From Parcubacteria group bacterium M10-OD1-1 (GTDB lineage Bacteria; Patescibacteriota; Minisyncoccia; Moranbacterales; UBA2206), in NCBI GenBank assembly GCA_003056145.1, contig LSNL01000003.1, positions 137,993 to 201,992 on the forward strand: a stretch of 64,000 nucleotides of DNA. The letters run 5' to 3'. Made by a program: the position numbers and the translations under genes. The notes under the pieces were generated by a model. The model made no database searches. It saw only the letters and a program-made list of their open reading frames with translations, and was not told the DNA's origin. Positions 55,311-64,000 of this stretch are shown piece by piece; position 1 is the stretch's first letter, and each line of letters begins with the position of its first letter.

Positions 55311-57203
55311 ATGAGTGAAATAAATTTTTTTGCCAAAACTAACTTTAGGAATCAAGAACAAATTTTTGGTATCAAGAGAGACGATCGACGTCGTCATGCT
55401 TATATAATCGGAAAGACCGGAATGGGAAAGTCTAGTTTATTAGAAAATATGGCCATTCAAGATATTAAAAATGGTGAAGGTGTTTGTGTTGTAGATCCTC
55501 ATGGAGAATTTGCTGAAAAAATGGTGCGAGCTATCCCTGAAAATAGAATTAATGATGTTGTTTATTTTAATCCAGCTGATTTAGATTTTCCTATTGCTTT
55601 TAATATCTTAGAATCTGTTGATGAAGATAAAAAAAACTTAGTCGCTTCAGGAATGATGGGAGTTTTTAAAAAGATTTGGCCGGATGTTTGGAGTCCGAGA
55701 ATGGAATATATTTTGAATAATACTATCTTAGCTTTATTGGACTATCCTGGCTCAACGATGTTGGGTGTTAATAGGATGATGAGTGATAAAGATTTCAGAA
55801 AAAGAGTTTATCCAAAAATAAAAGATCCTGTGGTAAAATCATTTTGGATTAATGAATTTGACAAATGGGAGGATAGATTCAGAAAAGAAGCTGTAGCTGC
55901 TATCCAGAACAAGGTAGGACAGTTTCTTTCTTCCCCGGTTATTAGACATATTATTGGACAGCCGAAATCAACTATTGATATGCGAGAAATTATGGATAAC
56001 AAGAAGATATTAATAGTTAATCTTTCAAAAGGAAAAATCGGTGAAGATGCTATGCATCTTTTGGGAGGAATGGTAATTACAAAAATTCAATTAGCAGCCA
56101 TGGGGAGAGTTGATATCCCTGAAGAAAAACGAGATGATTTTTATCTATATGTAGATGAATTTCAAAACTTTGCTACCGAATCATTTGCTAACATCTTGAG
56201 TGAAGCCAGAAAATATAGATTGAATTTAATTTTGGCTCATCAGTATATAAATCAATTGATTTTTGACGGTAATGCAACAGTTAAAGATGCTATTTTTGGT
56301 AATATTGGAACCATAATTTCTTTCCGAGTAGGAGCTGATGATGCTGAATATTTAGAAAGGGAATTTGAACCAGTTTTTATAGCAAGTGATATTGTTAATT
56401 TATCTAAATACCAGGTTTATTTAAAATTAATGATTGATGGAATTGCTGGCGATGCTTTTTCAGCGGCAACTTTACCACCAATTGACGTAACTAGATTAGA
56501 GGGTAACACTCAAAAAGTTATAGAAGCTTCCAGAGGTAGATATGGTGGAGTTAGAAAAGAAATTGAAGAAAAGATTGCTCGTTGGAGTGGAATGTTTGAT
56601 TTCGATGAAATAGAAAAAATGAAGAAAAAAAATATTATAAATCAGAAATCCAGGTTAATTAACAAAAATAATTTATCAGAAAAAAAAGAAGATTTTAATA
56701 TTAACCAAACAAAAAAAAATCTTAATCAGACAGCAAAAAATGATTTAGTTACCTCAGAAACTAACAGTAAGCTTAAAAATAGACAATTATCAGAAAATCA
56801 ACAATTAACAGAGAATAGAGAATTGCACGATGCTGTGTGTGGTACTTGTGGAGGGGAAATAAAAGTTCCTTTTAGACCAGATCCTCAACGACCAACTTTT
56901 TGTCGGGAGTGCTTAAAAGATTATCAACGAGCTAAAGCTAGAGATGAAAATGAAAAAAGAGAAAAAGGAAGAGTTCAAGATAAAGATTATCAGAAAAATA
57001 GAAATGATTCATTGAAGAAAAAATATTCTCAAGCGGAAAGTTCTCGTCCAGTAGCTTTTATTTCACGAGAAAAACCAATAAGCTTAAATCAGGTTAGCCA
57101 TATAGGACCTAAGAAATTTGGATCTCGGAGAAACAAAGTAGGTGTTAATTTAAAAGAAGTCAAAAAATTGATGGATAAAGCTCAAAATAATAAAGATGAA
57201 TAA
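55311..57203 (+). CDS. FtsK/HerA-superfamily ATPase (VirD4/TraG-like or HerA-like) with C-terminal zinc ribbon
   Basis: Walker A IIGKTGMGKSSLL, VVDPHGE motif, Walker B FYLYVDEFQNF, SEARKYRLNLILAHQ motif; C-terminal CGTCGG...CRECL; 630 aa. Confidence 0.55.
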   Translation: MSEINFFAKTNFRNQEQIFGIKRDDRRRHAYIIGKTGMGKSSLLENMAIQDIKNGEGVCVVDPHGEFAEKMVRAIPENRINDVVYFNPADLDFPIAFNILESVDEDKKNLVASGMMGVFKKIWPDVWSPRMEYILNNTILALLDYPGSTMLGVNRMMSDKDFRKRVYPKIKDPVVKSFWINEFDKWEDRFRKEAVAAIQNKVGQFLSSPVIRHIIGQPKSTIDMREIMDNKKILIVNLSKGKIGEDAMHLLGGMVITKIQLAAMGRVDIPEEKRDDFYLYVDEFQNFATESFANILSEARKYRLNLILAHQYINQLIFDGNATVKDAIFGNIGTIISFRVGADDAEYLEREFEPVFIASDIVNLSKYQVYLKLMIDGIAGDAFSAATLPPIDVTRLEGNTQKVIEASRGRYGGVRKEIEEKIARWSGMFDFDEIEKMKKKNIINQKSRLINKNNLSEKKEDFNINQTKKNLNQTAKNDLVTSETNSKLKNRQLSENQQLTENRELHDAVCGTCGGEIKVPFRPDPQRPTFCRECLKDYQRAKARDENEKREKGRVQDKDYQKNRNDSLKKKYSQAESSRPVAFISREKPISLNQVSHIGPKKFGSRRNKVGVNLKEVKKLMDKAQNNKDE

Positions 57204-57423
57204 ATTTAACTTAAATAGAAGTGTTCCGACACATTTAGCTTTCGTGATGATTTTAGTAGTAAGTTTTTTAGTTGCTGTTATTTGCTTAAAAACAGCTAAT
57301 AAAATAATTACTAACGCTAGAAAATCAACTGAGTTTAATGTTAATCAAAGGATGAAGCGACTTATGCTGAAGCATAATCAATTAAGAATGATAGAAAAAA
57401 ATGGTACACAAGAAAATGAATAA
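57196..57423 (+). CDS. small membrane protein (75 aa), hypothetical
   Basis: One TM helix; overlaps both neighbouring genes (possible translational coupling); no SD. Confidence 0.3.
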   Translation: MNKFNLNRSVPTHLAFVMILVVSFLVAVICLKTANKIITNARKSTEFNVNQRMKRLMLKHNQLRMIEKNGTQENE

Positions 57424-58501
57424 AAAAAAAGTAGTAGTTGGTATGTCAGGGGGAGTTGATTCTTCGGTAGTTGCAGCTTTATTAAAGAAAAGAGGCTATG
57501 AAGTGCATGGTTTTTTTATGCGTTTTTGGAAAGATAATTTAATAGAGGGGATAGACCAAGCATTAGCGGACGCTCAAGAAGTAGCTAAAATTTTAGAGAT
57601 ACCGTTGCATGTTATAGATGCTAGAGAAATTTTTCAACAAAAAGTAGTAGGTTATTTTCTTCAAGAGTATAAAAATGGGCGGACGCCTAATCCGTGTATT
57701 TTTTGTAATGAAAATATTAAATTTAAAATTCTTTTTGATGAAATGATAAAAATTAAGGCTGATATGATGGCCACTGGACATTATGCTCAGATAAAAAGAG
57801 GTTTTTTTAATAGAAAATTAAAAGCACATTATAATCTGTTGGAAGCAAAAGATAAAAATAAAGATCAATCTTATTTTTTATATCGTTTAAAACAAAAGCA
57901 ATTAGCTAGAATAATTTTTCCTTTAGGAAAATATAAAAAAACAAAAGTCAGAAAAATAGCTAAAAGAATGGGTTTACCAGTTTTTCAAAAAGCTGAATCG
58001 CAAGATATTTGTTTTTTAGCCAATAGCTCGGTAGAAACTTTTTTACAAAAAAATTTAAAGATGCAAAGAGGAGCTATTATTAATCAGCAGAATAAAGTGA
58101 TTGGAACACATCAAGGGTTACCTCTCTATACCTTAGGTCAGAGAAAAGGGATTAATATTGGTGGAACGGGCCCTTATTATGTAAAAGCTAAAGATTATCT
58201 TAAAAATAGGTTGGTTGTAACTAATAATAAAAAAGAACTTCTATTGCAATCAGGAACTATAATTCTAGAAGCGATTAATTGGATAGTAATACTTACTGAT
58301 TTGCCAAAGAAACTCTTAGTTAGAACTAGATATCGAAATCCTTTAGTTCATGCTACTATTATTAAAAGAAAGGATGGTTTATATGAGTTAAAATTGATGG
58401 AAGTTCAAAAAATAGTAGCTCCAGGTCAATCAGTAGTTTTTTATAATCGAAGCAAGCAAGTTATAGGAGGAGGAATAATTAAGGATATTATCCAATACTA
58501 A
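57416..58501 (+). CDS. mnmA: tRNA-specific 2-thiouridylase MnmA
   Basis: PP-loop VVVGMSGGVDSSV. The more likely start is MNKKKVVVG at 57416; the ORF track gives 57401. Confidence 0.9.
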   Translation: MNKKKVVVGMSGGVDSSVVAALLKKRGYEVHGFFMRFWKDNLIEGIDQALADAQEVAKILEIPLHVIDAREIFQQKVVGYFLQEYKNGRTPNPCIFCNENIKFKILFDEMIKIKADMMATGHYAQIKRGFFNRKLKAHYNLLEAKDKNKDQSYFLYRLKQKQLARIIFPLGKYKKTKVRKIAKRMGLPVFQKAESQDICFLANSSVETFLQKNLKMQRGAIINQQNKVIGTHQGLPLYTLGQRKGINIGGTGPYYVKAKDYLKNRLVVTNNKKELLLQSGTIILEAINWIVILTDLPKKLLVRTRYRNPLVHATIIKRKDGLYELKLMEVQKIVAPGQSVVFYNRSKQVIGGGIIKDIIQY

Positions 58502-58552
58502 ATTTAGAAATAGAGATAGTTAAGAAAATTAATTAGCTTAAAAAAGAAAATT

Positions 58553-58834
58553 ATGTATGCTGATGACGAATTGGGACAATTAAGCGAAGAAGAGAAAAAA
58601 AGAAAATTTCGGGCCTTACAAATGCAGATAATTATGCTGGAATCAGATAATCGAAAAATAGTTAACGAGAAAAATTTATTAGAGGCAGAAATGAGAAAAT
58701 TAAAAACTGATCAAGAAAGAATAAAAATAGAATTAACCAATAGAAAGCAGAGATTTGATAAAATAGGTTTTCGGCTAACGCAAAATGAAGAGGAATTAAA
58801 AAAAATGAAGAAAAAATTAAATTTAGTCAGATAG
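58553..58834 (+). CDS. coiled-coil hypothetical protein (93 aa)
   Basis: Heptad-rich K/E sequence. Confidence 0.4.
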   Translation: MYADDELGQLSEEEKKRKFRALQMQIIMLESDNRKIVNEKNLLEAEMRKLKTDQERIKIELTNRKQRFDKIGFRLTQNEEELKKMKKKLNLVR

Positions 58835-58857
58835 TTAATAATTATTAAATTAAAAAT

Positions 58858-59079
58858 ATGATTTCAAATTTCAAAAGAATTGTTATGCCAATTGTTGAGG
58901 CTAAAAAAACAAAAGTTTTTAATCCAGAACAAAAAATTAGAGAGATTGAAAGAAAACTAGATAAAGGGTTAATTGACTCAGCTGGAGCTATGAAAGAACT
59001 CAGAGGAATGTTTAGTTATCATTTAGATAATAATGATTATAGAAAGATAGAAAAAGAAATAGCTTACAATATAAAATAA
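58858..59079 (+). CDS. hypothetical protein (73 aa)
   Basis: ORF with regular spacing in a three-gene string; no motif recognised. Confidence 0.35.
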   Translation: MISNFKRIVMPIVEAKKTKVFNPEQKIREIERKLDKGLIDSAGAMKELRGMFSYHLDNNDYRKIEKEIAYNIK

Positions 59080-59097
59080 TTATTTTTTCTAATTTTT

Positions 59098-59838
59098 ATG
59101 AGAAGAAATGAATTGGGGCCAATAGAGCAGTTAGCGAAAAAAGAAAATTTTAACCAAGAAGAAAAAAAAGAAAGTCAGCAAAAACATCAGGAAACTATTT
59201 TTGAACATTTAGGAATGTATCAAAGTGCTTGGGAAACAGAATATATGCAGGTTTCTAGGCATCAAAAAGCAATTGGTTTTACTAAGCCAGAGCAAAGAAT
59301 AGCTCAAAAAGAAATATTAGAGCTAAGAGAAGTTTTAACTCAATTTTTTAAGGATAAAAATTTCTTAATCGGTGCAGATAATAATCTTAATCATATTTTT
59401 GGTAATGCTATCTGTGCTCGTAGTTTAATGATTAATTTTTCTAAAGGGAAATATTATGATAAAGAATTCCCTTTCGAGAAATTTAAGATTGTTAAAAGGG
59501 AGATTGAGGCTTTGAGAAATTATACAAAGTTTATATTAGAAAAAAAAGAGATTTTAGAGGCTGAATTATCTTCCAGTGTTGGTTATCTAGGAAAGTATTT
59601 AAATTTTTTTCGATGTGATTTACCTAAATCATCGGTGAGATATATCACTGTTTTAAATTTTTTTCTAGATTTAGAGAAAGGAATGATTAGAAGAGATGAT
59701 TTTGCGGAACGCTTAAAAAAAGTGCAAAATGACACTCAGGATTCTAGAGTCAAAGATATTTTAGATGAAAAAATAATAGAGAAAAATATTTTTTTATTTA
59801 ATCAAGAAGGAAAAGAATATTATAAATTAAATCAATAA
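59098..59838 (+). CDS. hypothetical protein (246 aa)
   Basis: No motif recognised. Confidence 0.45.
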   Translation: MRRNELGPIEQLAKKENFNQEEKKESQQKHQETIFEHLGMYQSAWETEYMQVSRHQKAIGFTKPEQRIAQKEILELREVLTQFFKDKNFLIGADNNLNHIFGNAICARSLMINFSKGKYYDKEFPFEKFKIVKREIEALRNYTKFILEKKEILEAELSSSVGYLGKYLNFFRCDLPKSSVRYITVLNFFLDLEKGMIRRDDFAERLKKVQNDTQDSRVKDILDEKIIEKNIFLFNQEGKEYYKLNQ

Positions 59839-59845
59839 AGTATTT

Positions 59846-61687
59846 ATGATTAAAATGACAGCTCAAGAATTACGTCAAAAATATTTAACTTTTTTTAAAA
59901 AGAAGGGGCATACAATTATTTCTTCAGCTTCTTTGGTACCGGAAAATGATCCGACAACACTTTTTACGACTGCTGGAATGCATCCATTAGTGCCGTATAT
60001 TATGGGTGAAAAGCATCCTGGTGGAAAACAAGTGGCAAATGTTCAAAAATGTGTTCGGACGACAGACATTAATGAAGTTGGAGATGCAACACATCACACT
60101 TTTTTTGAGATGATGGGAAATTGGTCTTTTGGTAGTTATTTTAAAAAAGAAGCAATTGAAATGAGTTTTGAGTTTTTGACTTCAAAAGAATTTTTAGGAT
60201 TAGACAAAAGTAGATTGGCAGTTTCGGTTTTTGCTGGAGATGAAGACGCTCCATTTGATAAAGAGTCTTTTGAAAAATGGAAAGAACTTGGAATATCGGA
60301 AAAAAGAATTGCACGGTTGCCCAAGGAAAATAATTGGTGGGGACTAGCGGGAAAAACTGGACCATGCGGACCTGACACAGAAATGTTTTATTGGGTAGGG
60401 GATGCTAATAAAGTTCCAGAGAGTTTTGCTGATGATAATGATTTATGGGTGGAAATTTGGAACGATGTTTTTATGCAATATGAAAAAACCAAAGATAAAA
60501 AGTTTATTCCACTTGCGCAACAGAATGTGGATACTGGAATGGGGCTAGAAAGAGTTTTGGCAGTGATAAACGGTTTAGATGATAATTATAAAACAGAATT
60601 ATTTTCTGATTTGATTTCTAAAATAGAAGATTTTTCTGATAAAAAATACGATAAATCTAAGGAAATTACTAGCAGTATGAGAATAATTGTTGATCATATT
60701 AAAGCAGCTGTAATGATAATGGGAGACAACAGAGGAATTGCTCCATCAAATACTGATCAGGGCTACATAGTCAGGCAATTAATTCGTAGATCAATTATCC
60801 GTGGTCATAAATTAAAAATTGACAAAGAAGAATGGGTGACTGAATTAGCAGAAAATATTATTGAAATTTATAGAAAAGTGTATAATGAGTTAGATAAAAA
60901 CAGAGATTTTATTTTAACTGAAATAAAAAAAGAAGAGGTTAAATTTACTAAAACAGCAAATAAGGGATTAAAGGTGTTTGAAAAAGCAATTTCTGCTAAT
61001 CGGAATGATTTAGATATGACTCAGAATAAAAATGATTATAATTGGGATAGTAAAAAGTTAACAGGGAAATTGATATTTGATTTAGTTACGACACATGGAT
61101 TTCCGAAGGAGCTCATAAAAGAAGAGGCTGAAAATAGAAAAATTATTATACCCAAGAATGAGTGGAATAAGTTTGATGAATTATTTAAGAAGCATCAAGA
61201 GCTTTCTCGAACGGCCAGTGCCGGAAAATTTAAAGGTGGCTTGGCTGATAATGGGGAGGAGACTGTGAGGCTACATACGGTGGCACATTTAATGTTAGCG
61301 GCTCTCAAAAAAGTTTTAGGCGGTGATGTTCATCAAAAAGGATCTAATATCACGGCTGAAAGATTGCGTTTTGATTTTTCTTACGGCGAGAAACTTACTG
61401 ATGAGCAAAAAAAGGAAGTAGAAAAATTAGTAAATGAAATCATTGAGAAAAAAGTTCCAGTTGAAATTGATGAAATGACACTTGATGAGGCAAAAGAAAA
61501 AGGAGCGGAAGGAGTTTTTGAAAACAAATATGGAGAAAAAGTAAAAGTGTATACTATTGGAGATTTTTCTAAAGAAATTTGTGGCGGACCACACGTGAAA
61601 AACACTGGGGAACTTGGGAAATTTAAAATTAAAAAAGAACAAAGCTCAGGCGCTGGAGTACGAAGAATAAAAGCAGTAGTAGAATAA
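59846..61687 (+). CDS. alaS: alanyl-tRNA synthetase, short form (catalytic, tRNA-binding and editing domains; no C-Ala domain)
   Basis: N-terminal class II AlaS core (FTTAGMHPLVPY, WSFGSYFK); editing-domain Zn motifs HTVAHLM and CGGPHV; 613 aa. Confidence 0.85.
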   Translation: MIKMTAQELRQKYLTFFKKKGHTIISSASLVPENDPTTLFTTAGMHPLVPYIMGEKHPGGKQVANVQKCVRTTDINEVGDATHHTFFEMMGNWSFGSYFKKEAIEMSFEFLTSKEFLGLDKSRLAVSVFAGDEDAPFDKESFEKWKELGISEKRIARLPKENNWWGLAGKTGPCGPDTEMFYWVGDANKVPESFADDNDLWVEIWNDVFMQYEKTKDKKFIPLAQQNVDTGMGLERVLAVINGLDDNYKTELFSDLISKIEDFSDKKYDKSKEITSSMRIIVDHIKAAVMIMGDNRGIAPSNTDQGYIVRQLIRRSIIRGHKLKIDKEEWVTELAENIIEIYRKVYNELDKNRDFILTEIKKEEVKFTKTANKGLKVFEKAISANRNDLDMTQNKNDYNWDSKKLTGKLIFDLVTTHGFPKELIKEEAENRKIIIPKNEWNKFDELFKKHQELSRTASAGKFKGGLADNGEETVRLHTVAHLMLAALKKVLGGDVHQKGSNITAERLRFDFSYGEKLTDEQKKEVEKLVNEIIEKKVPVEIDEMTLDEAKEKGAEGVFENKYGEKVKVYTIGDFSKEICGGPHVKNTGELGKFKIKKEQSSGAGVRRIKAVVE

Positions 61688-61737
61688 TATAATATAATTT
61701 ATGATAAGATTTTCACTGAGGTGAAAATAATAAAAAT

Positions 61738-62970
61738 ATGGAAAAAATAGTGACGGATGAAAAATTAATAGATGAATTATTGGAGCGGAGTGTAAAGGAA
61801 GTGCTTCCTTCTAAAAAAGAACTCAAAGAGAAAATGATGTCTGGTAGAAAATTAAAGATATATATTGGAACTGATCCTACCGGAACATCTTTGCATTTAG
61901 GACATGCTACTAATTATATGATTCTAGAGAAATTTAGACGTTTAGGACATGAGGTAATATTTTTAATTGGAGATTTTACGGCTAGAATTGGTGATCCAAC
62001 AGATAAATTTTCAGCGCGTAAACAACTTACTCGTCAGGATGTAAATAAAAATGTTAAAACTTGGTTGAAACAAATTGAACCAATAATTGATTTTAAATCA
62101 AAAATAAACCCTGTTAAAATTAAATATAATCATGATTGGCTTTCTAAATTGACATTTGAAGATGTTATTAGTTTAGCAGCTAATTTTACGGCTCAGCAGA
62201 TGCTAAAGAGAGATATGTTTGAAAAAAGAATGAAAGAAAAGAAACCCATATATTTACACGAATTTTTTTATCCGCTTATGCAAGGATACGATAGTGTGGC
62301 TATGAATGTAGATATTGAAATGTGTGGGAATGATCAGAAATTTAATGCTTTAATTGGACGTACGCTACTAAAGAAAATTAAGAATAAAGAAAAATTTGTA
62401 TTTATCACTACTCTATTGGAAAATCCCGTGACTAAAGAAAAAATGATGTCAAAGAGTTTAGGAACAGGTGTATTTTTAGATGAAAATAATCTTAATATGT
62501 TTGGACAAATTATGTCACAAGCAGATGAAAATATTCTTCAATTATTTACTGATTGTACATATGTTTCCTTAAGTGAAATTGAAGAAATAAAAAAACAATT
62601 GAAAGAAAATAAAGTTAATCCTCGTGATATCAAAATGAGGTTGGCTTTTGAAATTGTAAAAATCTATCATAAAGAAGAAGGGGCGAAAAAAGCTCAAGAT
62701 TATTTTATTAGAACTGTTCAACAAAAAGAAATACCAAATGATATTTTATCGGTTACTTTTAAAGAAGGAAAAAAACTAATAGAATTAATGGCTCAAGAAG
62801 ATTTAGCTCAAAGTAAGGGTGAAGCAAAAAGAAAGATTAAACAAGGTGGAGTTAAGATCAATGAGAAAATCATTAAAGATTTGAATAAAATTTTAACTAA
62901 GGACGATGCAGAGAAAATTATCAAAGTTGGAAAGAGAGAATTTAGAAAATTATTAATTCAATCAATCTAG
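61738..62970 (+). CDS. tyrS: tyrosyl-tRNA synthetase
   Basis: HIGH-type HLGH, KMSKS, C-terminal S4 domain. Confidence 0.9.
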   Translation: MEKIVTDEKLIDELLERSVKEVLPSKKELKEKMMSGRKLKIYIGTDPTGTSLHLGHATNYMILEKFRRLGHEVIFLIGDFTARIGDPTDKFSARKQLTRQDVNKNVKTWLKQIEPIIDFKSKINPVKIKYNHDWLSKLTFEDVISLAANFTAQQMLKRDMFEKRMKEKKPIYLHEFFYPLMQGYDSVAMNVDIEMCGNDQKFNALIGRTLLKKIKNKEKFVFITTLLENPVTKEKMMSKSLGTGVFLDENNLNMFGQIMSQADENILQLFTDCTYVSLSEIEEIKKQLKENKVNPRDIKMRLAFEIVKIYHKEEGAKKAQDYFIRTVQQKEIPNDILSVTFKEGKKLIELMAQEDLAQSKGEAKRKIKQGGVKINEKIIKDLNKILTKDDAEKIIKVGKREFRKLLIQSI

Positions 62971-63190
62971 TTTTAAGATAAATACAGTTATAAAAATTTT
63001 GAAATAAGAGGGATAACTATTAAAAATAATTTTGTTCATTTTTAGTTTGTCAGAATGCCATATTTATTTTATAATCAAGAAGTAGTGATTAATTAATCTG
63101 GGTGATTAGTTACACAGAGAGATATGAATTATCAGTTTAACTAATTATTGATTAGCAAAAGAATCAGAAATAAAAATATAATTTTTTGTA

Positions 63191-64000
63191 ATGGGAATTT
63201 TTTCTAAAATTTTAGGTCTTAAACGGTCTTCTTCGGAGCATTATCTTTCTTTAGATATTGGGACAGAAGTAGTTAAAGTTCTTATTTTTAAAATAGACAA
63301 AGAATTGGGAATAGGAAGAGTAATGGGGGTGGGTAGAGTACGGCAAGGTTTTAAGGATATGCATAGTGGGGCAGTATCAGATATTTCTGGAGTAATTAAT
63401 AATTGTCAGGAAGCCATTGAAAAAGCTAAGGCGATGGCGAGAGTAAAAAAAGTGGATAAAGCTATTATTGGAATAGCTGGAGAATTAGTTAAAGGAACCA
63501 CTACGACTGTTCATTATGAAAGAATCAATTCATCTATTAGAATTGATATTCCTGAATTGAAAAATATCATTCAAAAGGTCCAATGGAAAGCTTTTGATAG
63601 AATTCGCCAACAACTAGCGTGGGAAACTGGACATAGTGAAATTGAAGTAAAACTTATTAATGCAGTTATTATTGATGTTCGGATAGATGGCTATAAAGTT
63701 TCTAATCCAGTCGGTTTTCAAGGCAAGGATGTTTCTATCTCTGTTTTTAACGCTTACGCTCCGATGATTCATTTAGGAGCTTTGCAAAAGATTGCTGATG
63801 AATTAAAATTAAATCTTCTTAATATTGCGGCTGAACCTTATGCTGTCGCTCGGTCTATGAGAGTAGAAGATGTAACTGATTTTAGCGCTATTTTTATTGA
63901 TATTGGAGGAGGAACTACTGATATTGCAGTAGTAAGAAATGGAGGTTTAGAAGGAACTAAAATGTTTGGTTTAGGAGGAAGAGCTTTTACCAAAAGATTA
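63191..64000 (+). CDS. actin-like ATPase FtsA/PilM family, N-terminal part (3' end outside window)
   Basis: LSLDIGTEVVKVLIF ... IDIGGGTTDIAVV phosphate-binding motifs of the FtsA/PilM/MreB superfamily; the open frame runs to the window end. Confidence 0.6.
   Translation, partial: MGIFSKILGLKRSSSEHYLSLDIGTEVVKVLIFKIDKELGIGRVMGVGRVRQGFKDMHSGAVSDISGVINNCQEAIEKAKAMARVKKVDKAIIGIAGELVKGTTTTVHYERINSSIRIDIPELKNIIQKVQWKAFDRIRQQLAWETGHSEIEVKLINAVIIDVRIDGYKVSNPVGFQGKDVSISVFNAYAPMIHLGALQKIADELKLNLLNIAAEPYAVARSMRVEDVTDFSAIFIDIGGGTTDIAVVRNGGLEGTKMFGLGGRAFTKRL

Noticed and set aside
1-64000. CRISPR arrays, transposases, integrases, prophage structural genes
   Set aside because: No regularly spaced direct repeats and no recognisable cas, transposase (DDE, HUH) or recombinase motifs were seen on either strand. 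The only mobile-like signature is the DR-flanked cassette at 39317-40430.

Overview
AT-rich (roughly 30% GC by eye) bacterial chromosomal segment, densely coded on both strands, standard genetic code (UGA is used as a stop). The gene set is streamlined housekeeping: FeoAB iron uptake; tRNA-Ala and tRNA-Ile; the secE-nusG-rplK-rplA operon; a thymidylate/deoxynucleotide cluster; gatB; miaA/miaB; thrS; hup; dnaE; rnhB; argS; ileS; glmS; rlmN; dxs; an ELP3-like gene; an ABC/FtsX pair; tRNA-Leu; parAB; rel; topA; dprA; mnmA; alaS; tyrS; and the start of an ftsA/pilM-like gene. The overall look (compact, AT-rich, weak Shine-Dalgarno sites, enlarged housekeeping proteins) is reminiscent of a reduced-genome lineage such as the Candidate Phyla Radiation/Patescibacteria, but that placement is an inference. 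The most unusual observations are these: (1) a 1389-aa IleS that carries two in-frame inserted enzyme-like domains, an RBBP9/YdeN-type serine hydrolase inside the CP1 editing domain and a histidine-phosphatase (PGAM-like, RHG motif) domain inside the zinc-knuckle region. (2) A roughly 1-kb higher-GC cassette carrying one unknown 221-aa gene, flanked by perfect 50-bp direct repeats that duplicate the 3' end of the ELP3-like gene. (3) A phage-like deoxypyrimidine cluster (two T4-gp1-like dNMP-kinase paralogs, dCMP deaminase, a tandem-duplicated ThyX-like protein with swapped or degenerate RHR/Ser motifs, Tmk, MazG). (4) A roughly 400-nt structured non-coding region between miaA and miaB with strong terminator hairpins and weak RNase P RNA-like motifs. 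(5) T-box-like leaders upstream of ileS (strong) and thrS (weaker). (6) A membrane protein plus an FtsK/HerA/VirD4-like ATPase with a C-terminal zinc ribbon, adjacent to dprA. No CRISPR array, transposase or integrase was seen.
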